Assembly (NCBI RefSeq): GCF_006345805.1
Contig: NC_043013.1
Span: forward strand, 39,618,001-39,682,000
Source of the DNA: Octopus sinensis
Taxonomy: Eukaryota
DNA length: 64,000 nt
Direction: 5' to 3'
The notes below the pieces were generated by a model, which saw only the letters and a list, made by a program, of their open reading frames with translations, had not been told where the DNA came from and ran no database searches. Shown here one piece after another: positions 1 to 11,636 of this stretch (positions within the stretch are counted from its first letter, which is position 1; each line of letters opens with the position of its first letter). A program made the position numbers and the translations under genes.

Positions 1-34
1 AAAGATCCAAGGACCACTCGGCCGATCATTTTGT
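1..34 (-). CDS. SYT15: Synaptotagmin-15-like, C2B C-terminal exon (continues beyond window start)
   Basis: Minus strand reads tttgtctttgcAG|AC AAA ATG ATC GGC CGA GTG GTC CTT GGA TCT = (D)KMIGRVVLGSF, the C2B 'IGRVxLG' strand. Phase 1 matches the donor at 5286. The SYT15 subfamily call is from recalled motif similarity only. Confidence 0.8.
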
Positions 35-624
35 CTGCAAAGACAAACAGAAAAAAAATTGTGAATATTTTAAATGCATAGTGATTCGACAGAAGAGCCC
101 GATTAAATAAGTACCAAATTTTAAACGTAGTAAGTACTGGAGCCGATTCATTCGACTAAAAAGTTCTTCAAGACTGTGCCCCAGCATGGCCACTGTGTAA
201 TTACTAAAAACAAGTAAATGATAAAGCATATAATATAAGGTTTCTGATTTAATTATCAGGCCAGGAATTTTTTGATGGAAAGACATTATCGACCCCAGTA
301 TTAGTCTGGTACTTTGTTTAATGAACTTCGAAAAGATAACAAAAAAAAATGTATTTACCTCGGCGGGAATTGAACTTAGAATGTAAATCATTGGACCAAA
401 CTCTTATGTAATAATTGTTTCAATTTTGGCACAATACCAGTGATTTCGTTAGAGGAACAAGTCGATTATATTTACTTCAATGCTCAACTGCAATTTATTT
501 CATTGATTCTGATAGGACGAAAGGCAACTCAGTCCCGGCGGCATTTGAATTCGGAATGTAAATCGGAAGAAATGCTGCGGAGCATTTTGTCCGGCACGAT
601 AAGGATTCTGCCTGCTTGCCGCAT

Positions 625-844
625 TAATAATAATGGTTTCAAATTTTGGCTCAAGGCCAGCAAGTTCGGAAGAAGGTGTAAGTCGATTACATCAGTCTCA
701 GTATTCAACTGGTACTTAATTTATCGACCTATAAAGGACGTAAGGCGGGTCGACCCCGCGGAATTTGAAGACAGAATGCAAAATGGTGGAAATGCCGCTA
801 AGCATTTTCCTCCGGTGTACTAATGATTCTGCTAGCTCGGCACC

Positions 845-846
<2 letters not shown>
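625..846 (-). mobile_element. tRNA-derived SINE (Meta/MESC-like central domain family), diverged
   Basis: Reverse complement aligns by eye to the cleaner copies at 4253-4465 and 26428-26645 (ctagcagaatc.ttag...ttcaaattccgc...gtcgataaattaagtaccag). Further copies lie at 270-600. Confidence 0.7.
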
Positions 847-900
<54 letters not shown>

Positions 901-903
<3 letters not shown>

Positions 904-1387
904 GCCAATAAACCAGATATTGTTGTGAAAGACCAAAACAATAAAGTTTGCTTATTGATCGACATGAGCATCCCCTGTGATCATAATATCTCGGCGAAAG
1001 AGTTTGACAAGCTTAGAAAATATAAAGACCTGCTCATTGAAATTGAGAAAATGTGACATCTCAAGGCGGTTACAATACCAGTTATCGTAGGAGCACTAGG
1101 AATGATCAAGAAGGGAACCGAAAATTATATGAGAATGATCCCTGGCTTACCATTCCTGCAAAAAGTGCAAAAGATTGTCTTAACTGGTACATCACACGTA
1201 TTGAGAAGAGCATTGTCGATGTGAGAACTGTTGCTACTCATGTATTTTAGTTTAACTTTAAAAAAAATGAACGAACAAGTGAGTTTAGTTTAATGACCTA
1301 CCAATGTATACTATGAGTTTCTTTGCCCTAGGAGTCGAGAAGACACTCGGCAAGAAATGGAAGCAAATTTGAAAGAAGGGAAAAAAA
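901..1387 (+). mobile_element. R4/Dong-like non-LTR retrotransposon family A, 5'-truncated 3' fragment
   Basis: Encodes KANKPDIVVKDQNNKVCLLIDMSIP...KYKDL (REL PD..D motif) and is nearly identical to the 3' end of 37910-43335. Flanked by (TAA)n on both sides; carries a TGG>TGA stop. Confidence 0.9.
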
Positions 1388-1410
1388 ATAAATAATAATA
1401 ATAATAATAA

Positions 1411-1459
<49 letters not shown>

Positions 1460-1521
1460 TAATAATAATAATAATAAGAAGAAGAAGAAGAGAAGAAGAA
1501 GAAGAAGAGAAGAAGAAGAAG

Positions 1522-2016
1522 AATATTATGTACATTGTCTTATCTTGGTATAAAAGATGGGCGACAGCAAATATTCTGCTCAATACCACAGATTTGCTTG
1601 TCAGTTGTTTGACCTTAACCAGTTGACCATGTCCCTTAGTGGCTGGCGATATGTGCATCTCTGATCACGTGCAGAAGTAATGGGGGAGCATCATAGCTGT
1701 GTGTTGAAAGGTATTCATTGAGGTTTGGATAATTCACCTCTGGAAACATGGATGTTTTGTTCAACATTCTTAAACAATCCTTATTCAGGGACCTTTTGAG
1801 CGAGATGGGTTACTCGACCAGAAGAAAATTCTAACTGGGCCCCATCTGCAAGGTCATGTGCTGTTTATCTTGATATGAGATCACCATGTCGCGCACATAT
1901 GGCTGAGATGCATGTGCCTAGTGAACCATTATCAGACGGGTAGTCATGATGGGTATACTGGGTTTCATATATTTTACCCCAGTGTCACTTTGATGGCATG
2001 CACTGCTCTCTCACTC
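1522..2016 (+). mobile_element. Non-coding (TAA)n-tailed element 'D', slightly 5'-truncated (copy 1)
   Basis: Homologous to the reverse complement of 35906-36460. Ends ...ctctcactca(ATA)n and has no ORF of its own. Confidence 0.8.
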
Positions 2017-2090
<74 letters not shown>

Positions 2091-2129
2091 GAAGAAGAAG
2101 AAGAGAAGAAGAAGAAGAAGAAGAAGAAG

Positions 2130-2624
2130 AATATTATGTACATTGTCTTATCTTGGTATAAAAGATGGGCGACAGCAAATATTCTGCTCAATACCACAGA
2201 TTTGCTTGTCAGTTGTTTGACCTTAACCAGTTGACCATGTCCCTTAGTGGCTGGCGATATGTGCATCTCTGATCACGTGCAGAAGTAATGGGGGAGCATC
2301 ATAGCTGTGTGTTGAAAGGTATTCATTGAGGTTTGGATAATTCACCTCTGGAAACATGGATGTTTTGTTCAACATTCTTAAACAATCCTTATTCAGGGAC
2401 CTTTTGAGCGAGATGGGTTACTCGACCAGAAGAAAATTCTAACTGGGCCCCATCTGCAAGGTCATGTGCTGTTTATCTTGATATGAGATCACCATGTCGC
2501 GCACATATGGCTGAGATGCATGTGCCTAGTGAACCATTATCAGACGGGTAGTCATGATGGGTATACTGGGTTTCATATATTTTACCCCAGTGTCACTTTG
2601 ATGGCATGCACTGCTCTCTCACTC
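2130..2624 (+). mobile_element. Element D (copy 2), tandem duplicate of 1522-2016
   Basis: Identical by eye at a 608 bp offset, including the preceding (TAA)n(GAA)n tract with the same gaagagaag irregularity. Confidence 0.85.
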
Positions 2625-2687
<63 letters not shown>

Positions 2688-2688
<1 letters not shown>

Positions 2689-3300
2689 GTTCTTTGGAGG
2701 GCATACGTTCTCAGCAGCTTGGACTACTGCTCCCAACTCTAGTTACCTCACAATATAAAATTCACAGCGGATATCGAAGCAATCCAGCGGATCTACACAA
2801 AAAAAATCGACTCAATGCAACGAAACAGCTACTGGGAAAGACTGAAAGAATTAAAACATTCCTTCCTAGGAGAGATGCGAGAAAGTTATTCAGGGATATA
2901 CATCTGGAAAATCCAGGAAGGCCTTGAAAATTACAAAAACAGCAGAAAAAAAACTGCATAGTGCCAAAGATCCCTGCATCACCATCAAAATACAGAGCCA
3001 GATACTGCAACAGATTGCGTTTCAAGCGCCCAGATCTTTTCAGTATCCTTCCAAAATACCAGACAGACCTGTATGGTGTGGATATTGGTGTTTTCAAAGC
3101 AAAACAGGATCTCCTCTAGTAAAGGGTTCCAGATGAGCCTACCTCACGGCAGGAAACACAGATGAGGGCATGGCATCAATCTCCCCAATTCCCCATATGC
3201 AAAATATCAGAAGAGCTTTCAAATAATGGTGTAGCACAGTCAACGGTCGTGGCCCAGCATGACCGCAGCTTTGATGCTGAAGCAATTTAAAGATTAAAGA
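2688..3300 (+). mobile_element. CR1-like LINE 3' fragment, degraded
   Basis: An alternative frame reads LWRAYVLSSLDYCSQL..NIKFTADIEAIQRIYTKKI..SYWERLKELK..IYIWKI, which is the CR1 ORF2 C-terminal pattern (LDYCSxxW, LExVQR, YxERLxxL). Multiple frameshifts. Confidence 0.7.
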
Positions 3301-3802
3301 TTAATAATAATAATCCTTTCTACTCAACGCACAAGGCCAGAAACTTTAGGGAAGGGAACTAGTCGATTGCACCGACCTCAATACTTGACTGGAAATTACT
3401 TTATTGATCCCAAAGAGATGAACGTCCAAGTTGACCTTGGCGGAATTTGAACTCAGAACGTAAAGGCAGATGAAATTCCGCTAAATAATTTGTCCGGCGT
3501 GCAAACGATTCTCCCTGCTTGCTGCCTTGTGACTGTATGATTAGTGATAGCAAACAGTTAAAATTTTGAAGTGTGAATCAACCAACGGAGAACGTTACGT
3601 TTAGGCTGCACATGGTAAAAAAAATAATGTAGGAGACATTGGATATTGTAGTATTGGATACCTTGTTATCTTAATAAGACGGGACTGTCAATACTTTGCC
3701 TAAGTCAAAGTCGTTTATTATGGAATCAAAGTTGTCCTAAGGACAGAAAAATCAACAATAACCACAACAGCAACAGAGTTATGAGCATATTACACATTAT
3801 TT

Positions 3803-3921
3803 GTGACCAGGACTTATGACACTAACCTTTAGCACCGGTGAAATGTTGCATAGTGCTAACACTTATGCTTGCCGTATCAAGTGACGATGAAGAGAGCTTA
3901 AAAGTGAAAGACTCGCTAAAG
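3803..3921 (-). pseudogene. Exact 119 bp copy of the 3' half of the C2B exon plus its splice donor (source 5262-5380)
   Basis: gtgaccaggacttatgacactaacctttagcaccgg...gactcgctaaag occurs at both loci in the same orientation, offset 1459 bp. Confidence 0.92.
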
Positions 3922-3929
3922 CATCAGTT

Positions 3930-4230
3930 ATAACTCCATAATGAAACTATTCAAAACTTTGATGAAGGCGGTTCTGAAGAATGGCTCTGAGACTTGGAAA
4001 ATGACCAGAAGAGAGAGCAAAAAACTCGACTATTCCAGGCCAGATGTCTGCGACGGATATTTAAAATATATAGTGACTATATCACACAATGAATGAGACG
4101 GTGCTCGAAGGAAATGGGAAAGAGAGTAAGAGCTGCAAAATACAGAAAAGGCTTATCATGTGACATTGAAGAACAAGTGAGTGGCAGCAACTGCCCCATC
4201 GGCGACTGCAATGGCAGCAGACATCACGGT
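3930..4230 (+). mobile_element. RTE-like LINE fragment, degraded
   Basis: Reads KLFKTLMKAVLKNGSETWKMTRRESKKLD / FQARCLRRIFKI, matching the RTE-clade 'LLYGSETW..F..RCLRRI' motif. Confidence 0.65.
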
Positions 4231-4252
4231 GGCAAGATGATATTGTATTTCA

Positions 4253-4465
4253 GGCGGGCTGGCAGAAACGTTAGCACGCCGGGCGAAATGCGTAGCCGTA
4301 TTTCGTCTTCCGTTACGTTCTGAGTTCAAATTCCGCCGAGGTCGACTTTGCCCTTCATCCTCTCGGGGTCAATTAAATAAGTACCAGTTACGCACTGGGA
4401 TCGATATAATCGACTTAATCCGTTTATCTGTCCTTGTTTAGCCCCTTGTGGGTAGTAAAGAAATA
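4253..4465 (+). mobile_element. tRNA-derived SINE with Meta/MESC-like domain
   Basis: A-box-like ctggcagaaacgttag, B-box gagttcaaattcc, then gtcgactttgcccttcatcc..ggggtc..taagtaccag. More than 10 related copies occur in the window (e.g. 3310-3530, 14915-15140, 18950-19445, 34243-34380, 37043-37255). Confidence 0.8.
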
Positions 4466-4559
4466 GATATTATTATATTTCACTGGATGAGAGTGAGCAT
4501 TTGGTTCATACCAAATTTTAAAAACAACAATGAATTAGGGTAAATTGGGGTAACCACCC

Positions 4560-4858
4560 CCTCACCGGTCAAGCCCATTTTTGGTCTGAGGCACAAGTTC
4601 AGACAAGTTTGCTTATGGAAGACCAGCGGTCGCCCATGAATAGCAGCCTCCCCTTTGCACGCCACCGATGTTATCCAAGGGAAAGGCAAAGGCTTGGCAC
4701 CAATGACGTCACACCTCATTTCTACAGATGATTGAAATGCAACAACTTGAAATAAAATAACTTGCTCAATAACACAACACACAGCCCAGTCCGGGAATCG
4801 AACTCACTACCGCATGACTCCGAGGCCTACGCTCTGACCACTGAGCCATACGCCTTCA
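4560..4858 (-). mobile_element. tRNA-derived SINE, second family
   Basis: Minus-strand head ggcgtatggctcagtggtcagagcg...gagttcgattcccgg. The body is shared with 17530-17856 and 56265-56400. Confidence 0.75.
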
Positions 4859-5285
4859 CGACAACGAATTACAAGTAAAGTAATGATTGTTATCCCAGTT
4901 TCAGACTCCATAAAAAATTTAGAATCAGAGCGCTGATCTTGGACTTACTTTCTTCATGCAAATAACATGTTGCTAAACTTCTCAAGGTGAAGATGCGTAG
5001 TCTAGCAGTTAGGGTGATGCTTCCAAGGTCGTAGTTTTGATTCCCGGACCGAAAATGAGTAAACTTGATAATGAGTAGAGCTGTGGCAGACTGGCGTTCC
5101 GTTCAAAAGGAATATTATAATCTCGCTAACCTACATTCCGCAGACACAGAGTAACCGGCTCAGAGAACTTGAGAGAGTACCTACTTTAAACTTTTCAAAG
5201 TTCTGCTGAAACTCGGCTTCGTCCGCAATTTGTGCAGCACAATTCAGAAAGTTAACACGGAGTGACCAGGACTTATGACACTAAC

Positions 5286-5468
5286 CTTTAGCACCGGTGA
5301 AATGTTGCATAGTGCTAACACTTATGCTTGCCGTATCAAGTGACGATGAAGAGAGCTTAAAAGTGAAAGACTCGCTAAAGTTCGGGTCGATGGTTCGCTT
5401 CACAATCGCAGTTTTTTTCGATTTGACAATCTTGTTCTGAATTAAGAGACACACTTTCACATAGGAAT
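5286..5468 (-). CDS. SYT15: Synaptotagmin-15-like, C2B exon
   Basis: ttttcAG|AT TCC TAT GTG...GCT AAA G|GTTAGT, 183 bp, phase 1/1. Encodes (D)SYVKVCLLIQNKIVKSKKTAIVKRTIDPNFSESFTFKL, with the C2B polybasic KKT and PxFxESF motifs. Confidence 0.9.
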
Positions 5469-7447
5469 CTGAAAATATATGTGTAAATAGATTTATTAAC
5501 AACTCATATGACGTATGAAAGCATTTATTTAACACAAAAACATTTTGTGGTTGATATAAGATAATCAATTAGATGTACATCATTATTTTAGCCGTTCGAA
5601 TTATAGTGACCTCCGGAGAAAAGTATGGAAATTTGAAGATGTGATGATTCGACCTACGTACAGCGTAACTTTTCTAGTAAGGCTTCAATATGTTGAATAA
5701 AAAATTCCTTCCAGATATAATAAAGAAATGTAGTGGTTCTCAACTTGAGAACCTCAAGAGAAATATGCACCCCCAGTTGAGAACCACTGGATTTCTTTAT
5801 TATATCTGGAATGTATCGTAAGACTTGGCCGTTAAAATTTATGTAAAATATATCGGTTATACTTCTACAATGCAGAAAAGAGTTTAACAATTTTTTATAC
5901 AATTCCTGGAAATATTTAATTATAAAACTAGAGTTAAGTTGAGATCGAAACTTTCCAAAGGCGAAAAATGTTTGAGAAGCCAGTTGCTGAAACTAAAGAT
6001 CCGCATACATCGACATTATTTAGTTTCAGCGGGCCTTATGAAACCACAGCTCACACACAAGCGCACACACACATACATACACACACGCACACACACACAC
6101 ACACATACATACATACAATACATACATACATACATACATACATACAAATACATACATACATATATACATGCATATGTGCGTACGTTCATACGCACAATTT
6201 TTTGTGAGTGTGTGTATGTATCTGTCTATCTATCCATACATGTGTATGAACATATATGCATACATATATACACATATATTCTTATATCAATGCATAAACA
6301 CTCATATATACAGCGTATGTGAATGGAGAGAAAGACAGATGCATAGACAAACATGAATACATCGTGAGAGAGAAAGAAGAAAAGAGAGGCAAAGACAGAG
6401 AGAAAATGTGAGAGACAAACAAACAGACAGTCAGACAAAACGGAGAGAAAGACAAAATATGAAATGGCTGAATATAACCCAAACTTTCTTAACACAGAGT
6501 TTACGGAAATAAACAGGGCAATGTGCAACAAGGCATATGCAGCTTTGTGTGTGTGGACGTGGGGATGTGGGAACGTGGGGTGATAAATATGTTGCACAAT
6601 TTACTTCCTTGTATTCGACCTATTTGTTCAGTTATGTGTTTTTCCGATTAGTCATTTCCTTCTTTCAGTCAGAGGACTGTGGCCATGGTAGGGCACCGCC
6701 TTGGAAGGTTGAGTCAAACAAATCCCCATTACTTATTTTTGTTTAAACCTGATACTTTTTTGTATTTTCTCTCTTTTGTCGAACCGCTAGCTTACGGTGA
6801 CGTAAATAAGTCAATAGTGATTGCTAAAATCCGGGAAGCACTTTAGGAGCGCTATAAAATCCAGAATTTACTAACTATAGCAAATGTCTGTCACTCTCTT
6901 TCCCTCACTATTCCTCATTTGCTCATGTGGCTCCCACATGACCATCGGCCATCTTTCTTTCTTCTCCTAACTTGTGTTTCTTTCTTTCCCCCTGTTGCAG
7001 CAGGCCCAGGAAGACCTATTTTTGTCTGTCTCCTGTCCAAGCTTGTTTCTTCGCGTTCGCCACCACAACTTCGTTTAGGCTTAGCAGCCCTTCCTGCTTG
7101 TTTTTACTGTCCTGTTTTTGTCACCAATTTTGACCCTCCACAAAATCCCAAATTTATTTAATTTGCTTTGCGGGAGCAAGTGTTTTATCGAAGGTGTATC
7201 TTGTCGTGAAATGCTCGAAATACGGATTAGATAAAACAACCGACAATTGGTGAATGGTTGTTCTTTGTGTTTTTTGTCTTGTTTTCCATTTGTTTTTTCG
7301 TTGCTCGCAAAAAGAGTTCATATTCCATATACTCGTACTTCGTATTATTTGTTGTTTACATTTCGTGACGTCCTTTGCCTAGACATGCATATGTATATGC
7401 GTATACATGTAAGTATGTACGTATACGCATGTATATATGCATATATA

Positions 7448-7496
<49 letters not shown>

Positions 7497-7500
<4 letters not shown>

Positions 7501-7913
7501 TGGTATTGACGACGAGGGCTACAGGACATTCTGCGTTTCGTTTGAATCTCGACGACTGTCTTAAAACGGTGACCTTTGAGCTGCATTTTCAACTTGTGGA
7601 AGAGACAGAATTCCCTGTGGCTAAATCTGGCCTAATAGACCGGGTGCAGAAGCGACACCATGTTGTTTTTGGCGCGAAACTCACGCATGAGGAGAGTTCG
7701 GTGATAGGGTGCATAGTCGTCATGGAGCATCCAATTCTTCGCGCTCTACAGTTCGGGTCGCTTTCGCCGAACGTCCTCCCTCAAACGTTTGCTGTAGAAC
7801 TCTCGATTGACGGCCTGGCCCGGTGGGACGAATTGTCGATGAAGAATACCAAATAAGTCGAGAAAAACGATGAGTACGCTCTTCATTGAGCTGCGGCTCT
7901 GTCGTTCACTTGA
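7497..7913 (-). mobile_element. mariner transposase relic (C-terminal DD34D region)
   Basis: Minus strand reads NWMLHDDYAPYHRTLLMREFRAKNNMVSLLHPVY*...FCLFHKLKMQLKGHRF, a decayed HDNAPxH / HPPYSPDLAP..LFxKLK..LKG.RF. Flanked by TA-rich tracts. Confidence 0.8.
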
Positions 7914-8052
7914 AGTATGTATGTACGTATGTATGTATGTATATATATATATGTATGTATGTATGTACGTATGTATGTATATATATATGTATGTATGTAC
8001 GTATGTATGTATATATATATGCTTGTATATATATATTTATATATATATAAGT

Positions 8053-8095
<43 letters not shown>

Positions 8096-8299
8096 CATAG
8101 AAGGTTGAAAAGGAACAAACAAGTTGATATGTATAAGGAAAATAAGATAAGGTAGAAAATGCTAAAATAATTTTATCATGGCGAACATTTTAGCTGCTTA
8201 CGCTTCTTCTAAACTATCAGTATATTCGATGTGCTTTTTGCATACGATAACTATAGTTTTTCAAAATAGTGTGTGTTTTTTCAGTACAAGAAATATTAC

Positions 8300-8426
8300 C
8301 CATTCCAACGTTGGTGTTACCGTCTGTTTTCTTCAGGTCTCTTGCCTCAAATATAGCAGTGGTAAGGCGCTCCAAATGGCTGTTGTAAGACAAGGCAATA
8401 AATATTTCCCCTTTGTCGGAGGTGGA
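8300..8426 (-). CDS. SYT15: Synaptotagmin-15-like, start of C2B exon
   Basis: cttttgcAG|TCC ACC...GGA ATG G|GTAATA, 127 bp, phase 0/1. Encodes STSDKGEIFIALSYNSHLERLTTAIFEARDLKKTDGNTNVGM. An alternative same-phase donor (GAC G|GTAAC) lies about 21 nt upstream. Confidence 0.88.
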
Positions 8427-8492
8427 CTGCAAAAGATAAAAGAGTTTAACAAGAGTAAGTGATTAGTGTAAAATTCGAGTATATATTACTTA

Positions 8493-8559
<67 letters not shown>

Positions 8560-8575
8560 TCTGTTGTTGTTGTTG

Positions 8576-8852
8576 AGTGAGATAGCAGTACACGCCATCA
8601 AAGTGACACTGGGGTAGAAAATATACGAAGCCCAGTATACCCACCATGTCTACCCGTCTGATAAGTGTACACCAGGCACATACATCACAACCGTATGTGC
8701 ACGACATGGTGATCTCATATCAAGATAAACAGCACATAATCTTGCAGGTGGGGCCCAGTTAGAATTTTCTTCGGGTCGAGTAGCCCATCCCGCTCCAAAA
8801 GTCCCACAGTGAGAGTTGTTTAAGAACGTTGAAACACCCATGTTTCCAGAGG
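8576..8852 (-). mobile_element. Element D, 5'-truncated copy
   Basis: Matches 35906-36186. The retained end abuts a (TAA/CAA)n tract. A smaller deleted copy lies at 14766-14875. Confidence 0.8.
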
Positions 8853-9078
8853 TACCGGACAATGATTCTGGATTATTTTTCATATTTTTTTTACTTAATA
8901 TTTGAGAGTGGTCAGATTCATTTTTAGTATTCTCGTTTGTGAGAGCAATGGTGTATATTTCAGATATTCCCATTTTAAAAATCATCTCTGACTAATCGTT
9001 GAGAGGACGTTGGTGTTGCCTTGGCGGAGGTTTGCACTCTGTGAGTGCTCTTCTTCTTCTTCTTCTTCTTCTTCTTCT

Positions 9079-9166
<88 letters not shown>

Positions 9167-9347
9167 TTGTAGTCGCATTGCCAAATACATAGCACATGGG
9201 TTATCTCGTACTCTACAACATTCAAATCGATACTACCTGTTAATTTACTCCACGATCTTTTCCACGCAATCATTTGTTTGGTAAAGCCAAAGACGAAACG
9301 TGAAAGAACACATTGAAAGTGAGACGTAAAAAGCTTTTATAAAAACA

Positions 9348-9745
9348 CTAGCAGTATCGCTCGGCGTTGCTCGGGTTTGTAAGGGAAATAACTATATAAG
9401 CATTTTTAGAGAGTTATAGCCAAAAAATAGCCAAAAAATGCATTAAAAATGGAAAAAAAATTATGGTAAATTTTTAAAAAAGTCGTTGACTCATCGTAGA
9501 CATTTTTAGAGAGTTACTTCCCTTAAATAATAGCGAAAAAAATGCATTTATATGGGAAAAAAATGATGGTAATGTTTTTTTAATCGTAGATTTATCGTAG
9601 ACGCGCGCTAATACCCAGAAGGGCTCGATATGAATCACGACTATAAGATACCCGGTTTTGGTTAAACTGCACCGCAAAATGTGGGAGTAGTTAGGAATCT
9701 AAATCGTAGGAGACAGACACACAACCTTACTTTTATATATAAAGA
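9348..9745 (-). mobile_element. Non-autonomous Helitron
   Basis: Minus strand begins A|TCTTTATATATAAAAG and ends CCCGAGCAACGCCGAGCGATACTGCTAG|T. This gives 5'-TC, a GC-rich subterminal hairpin-like segment, 3'-CTAG, insertion between A and T, and no TSD. Contains internal direct repeats. Confidence 0.8.
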
Positions 9746-9779
9746 TTTAATAAATGAGAATAGGAAATTTATTTCTAAC

Positions 9780-9950
9780 CTCTGACACTTCTTTCTCGAG
9801 ATCCCGCCAAATAACCATTCTCTCGTTATTCTCGCAATCATATTCTTTGAGCGGGAACAATGCGTGTCCAATTACATTATGACGTCGGTGACGATCCACA
9901 TCAAACATGGTGAACTTCAGAATTCGATCGTCAAAGGATTTGTGCGATAC
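9780..9950 (-). CDS. SYT15: Synaptotagmin-15-like, C2A C-terminal exon
   Basis: ttgcAG|GTA TCG...TCA GAG|GTTAGA, 171 bp, phase 0/0. Encodes VSHKSFDDRILKFTMFDVDRHRRHNVIGHALFPL...IWRDLEKEVSE, with the C2A FDxDR..IG and WRDL motifs. Confidence 0.9.
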
Positions 9951-11246
9951 CTGCAATGGAATTGGATAATAAATTTACGGTTTTCACCACCAGCAGAGCA
10001 GCGATGCAAAAGAAATTCGTTGGACTGTAGTTGACTTTACAAATAAACTGTTGATAAATAAATAAGAAGTGGAATACTTTAGGGGAAAGTTACTACAAGG
10101 AAAATAATCAGTTCGCCCTAATATTTGGTCGGAATTAGATGGTTCTATTTAAAACTGAGAATAAAGACGAACTGAATGTACATATTTATCATACTTATAT
10201 TACTATGATGGTTTTAGGTAACAATACATGAATCATTTCACTCTTTGTAGAAGTCATCCGCAGGATATAACACGAGGTATATAAATTAAACTTTTTACGA
10301 AGCGGAACATTTATATATGGACAATAGTTATAGTGTAGAAGACATTCATGGAATGAATGGTTTCATTTATCTTTTCTTTCTTCCCCATTTCTTCATGGAG
10401 ACTTCTTACTATAATCGAGAAAGAAAAGGGAGGAAATTCTAAGTGACTGCATACAAACTATTTCCAGGGACTTTTACCTTCCGAATGCATTTTCCTGAAG
10501 CAAAAAGGAGAGGTTAAGAATTTACCCCAGATTACACTAATCAGGGAAGGATCTAAAAATGCTTCTGTTGATGATGGAAAAAAAATAATAATAAATTCTA
10601 ATTTGAGCCTCCAAAGAATCTTTGTTCTTTAGTTCTCAATCCTTGTCTAAATTTCAAAATCCTGTCTATTTCTCGTTACAAAAAAGCAAGATGAATGAAA
10701 AGAAAATGTATATGGATGTGTCTGTAGACGTATGTCAATGTAGAAGGTTAGACATACGTGTATACGTGATAATACAAAGGGCTGCAAACGATCGGCATAG
10801 ACAGAAATATGAAGAAATAAATATAGACAGCTCACAGACATTTATGCCAAGTTATTTAAATTATTTCAAGAAGACAATGCTCTGTGTCATTAACTAGAAC
10901 TTCCACCCTTCTTGGAGATGACACTTTGGAAATACTGTAGAAGTCTAATCTGTAAACTATGAAATATAACACAATAAACGTGACAGTTTTTCCATATCAA
11001 AAGTGACAGCAACATACCAGTTATCAACATAGCAATATCGAATGAATATAATATTGTATTGATAGAATTACAACGATGTAGCTGCTGAACTAAAAGCATT
11101 GTAAAAGTTATAAACTAATTACGAAAGTATTGTGGCGATCACATCGTTTATAATTAGCACAACTATAATAATAATATACAACATTTTCTGTAGACACTTT
11201 GACAATTTGCCTGTACGAATAAAGACGGCAACTTCTCAGAAAACAC

Positions 11247-11307
<61 letters not shown>

Positions 11308-11310
11308 TAG

Positions 11311-11368
<58 letters not shown>

Positions 11369-11636
11369 TTATTATTATTATCATTATTATTATTATTAAA
11401 GAAACAAGAAGAGTACGACTGTTATCGAATGAATAATATTTCGACCCTTCGTGTGCTTTCCACGAGTTCAAAACTATCATCTCAATCTAATTTTGGTAAT
11501 ATTTAAAGGATTGACGTTACTCCTCCTGAAGGTAAATATTGTTCATTCGGTAACACTCGCACTCTTATTGTCGTTCTTTTACCTTCGGGAGGAGTTACGT
11601 CAATCCTTAAATATTATCAAAATGAAATAAATTGAG

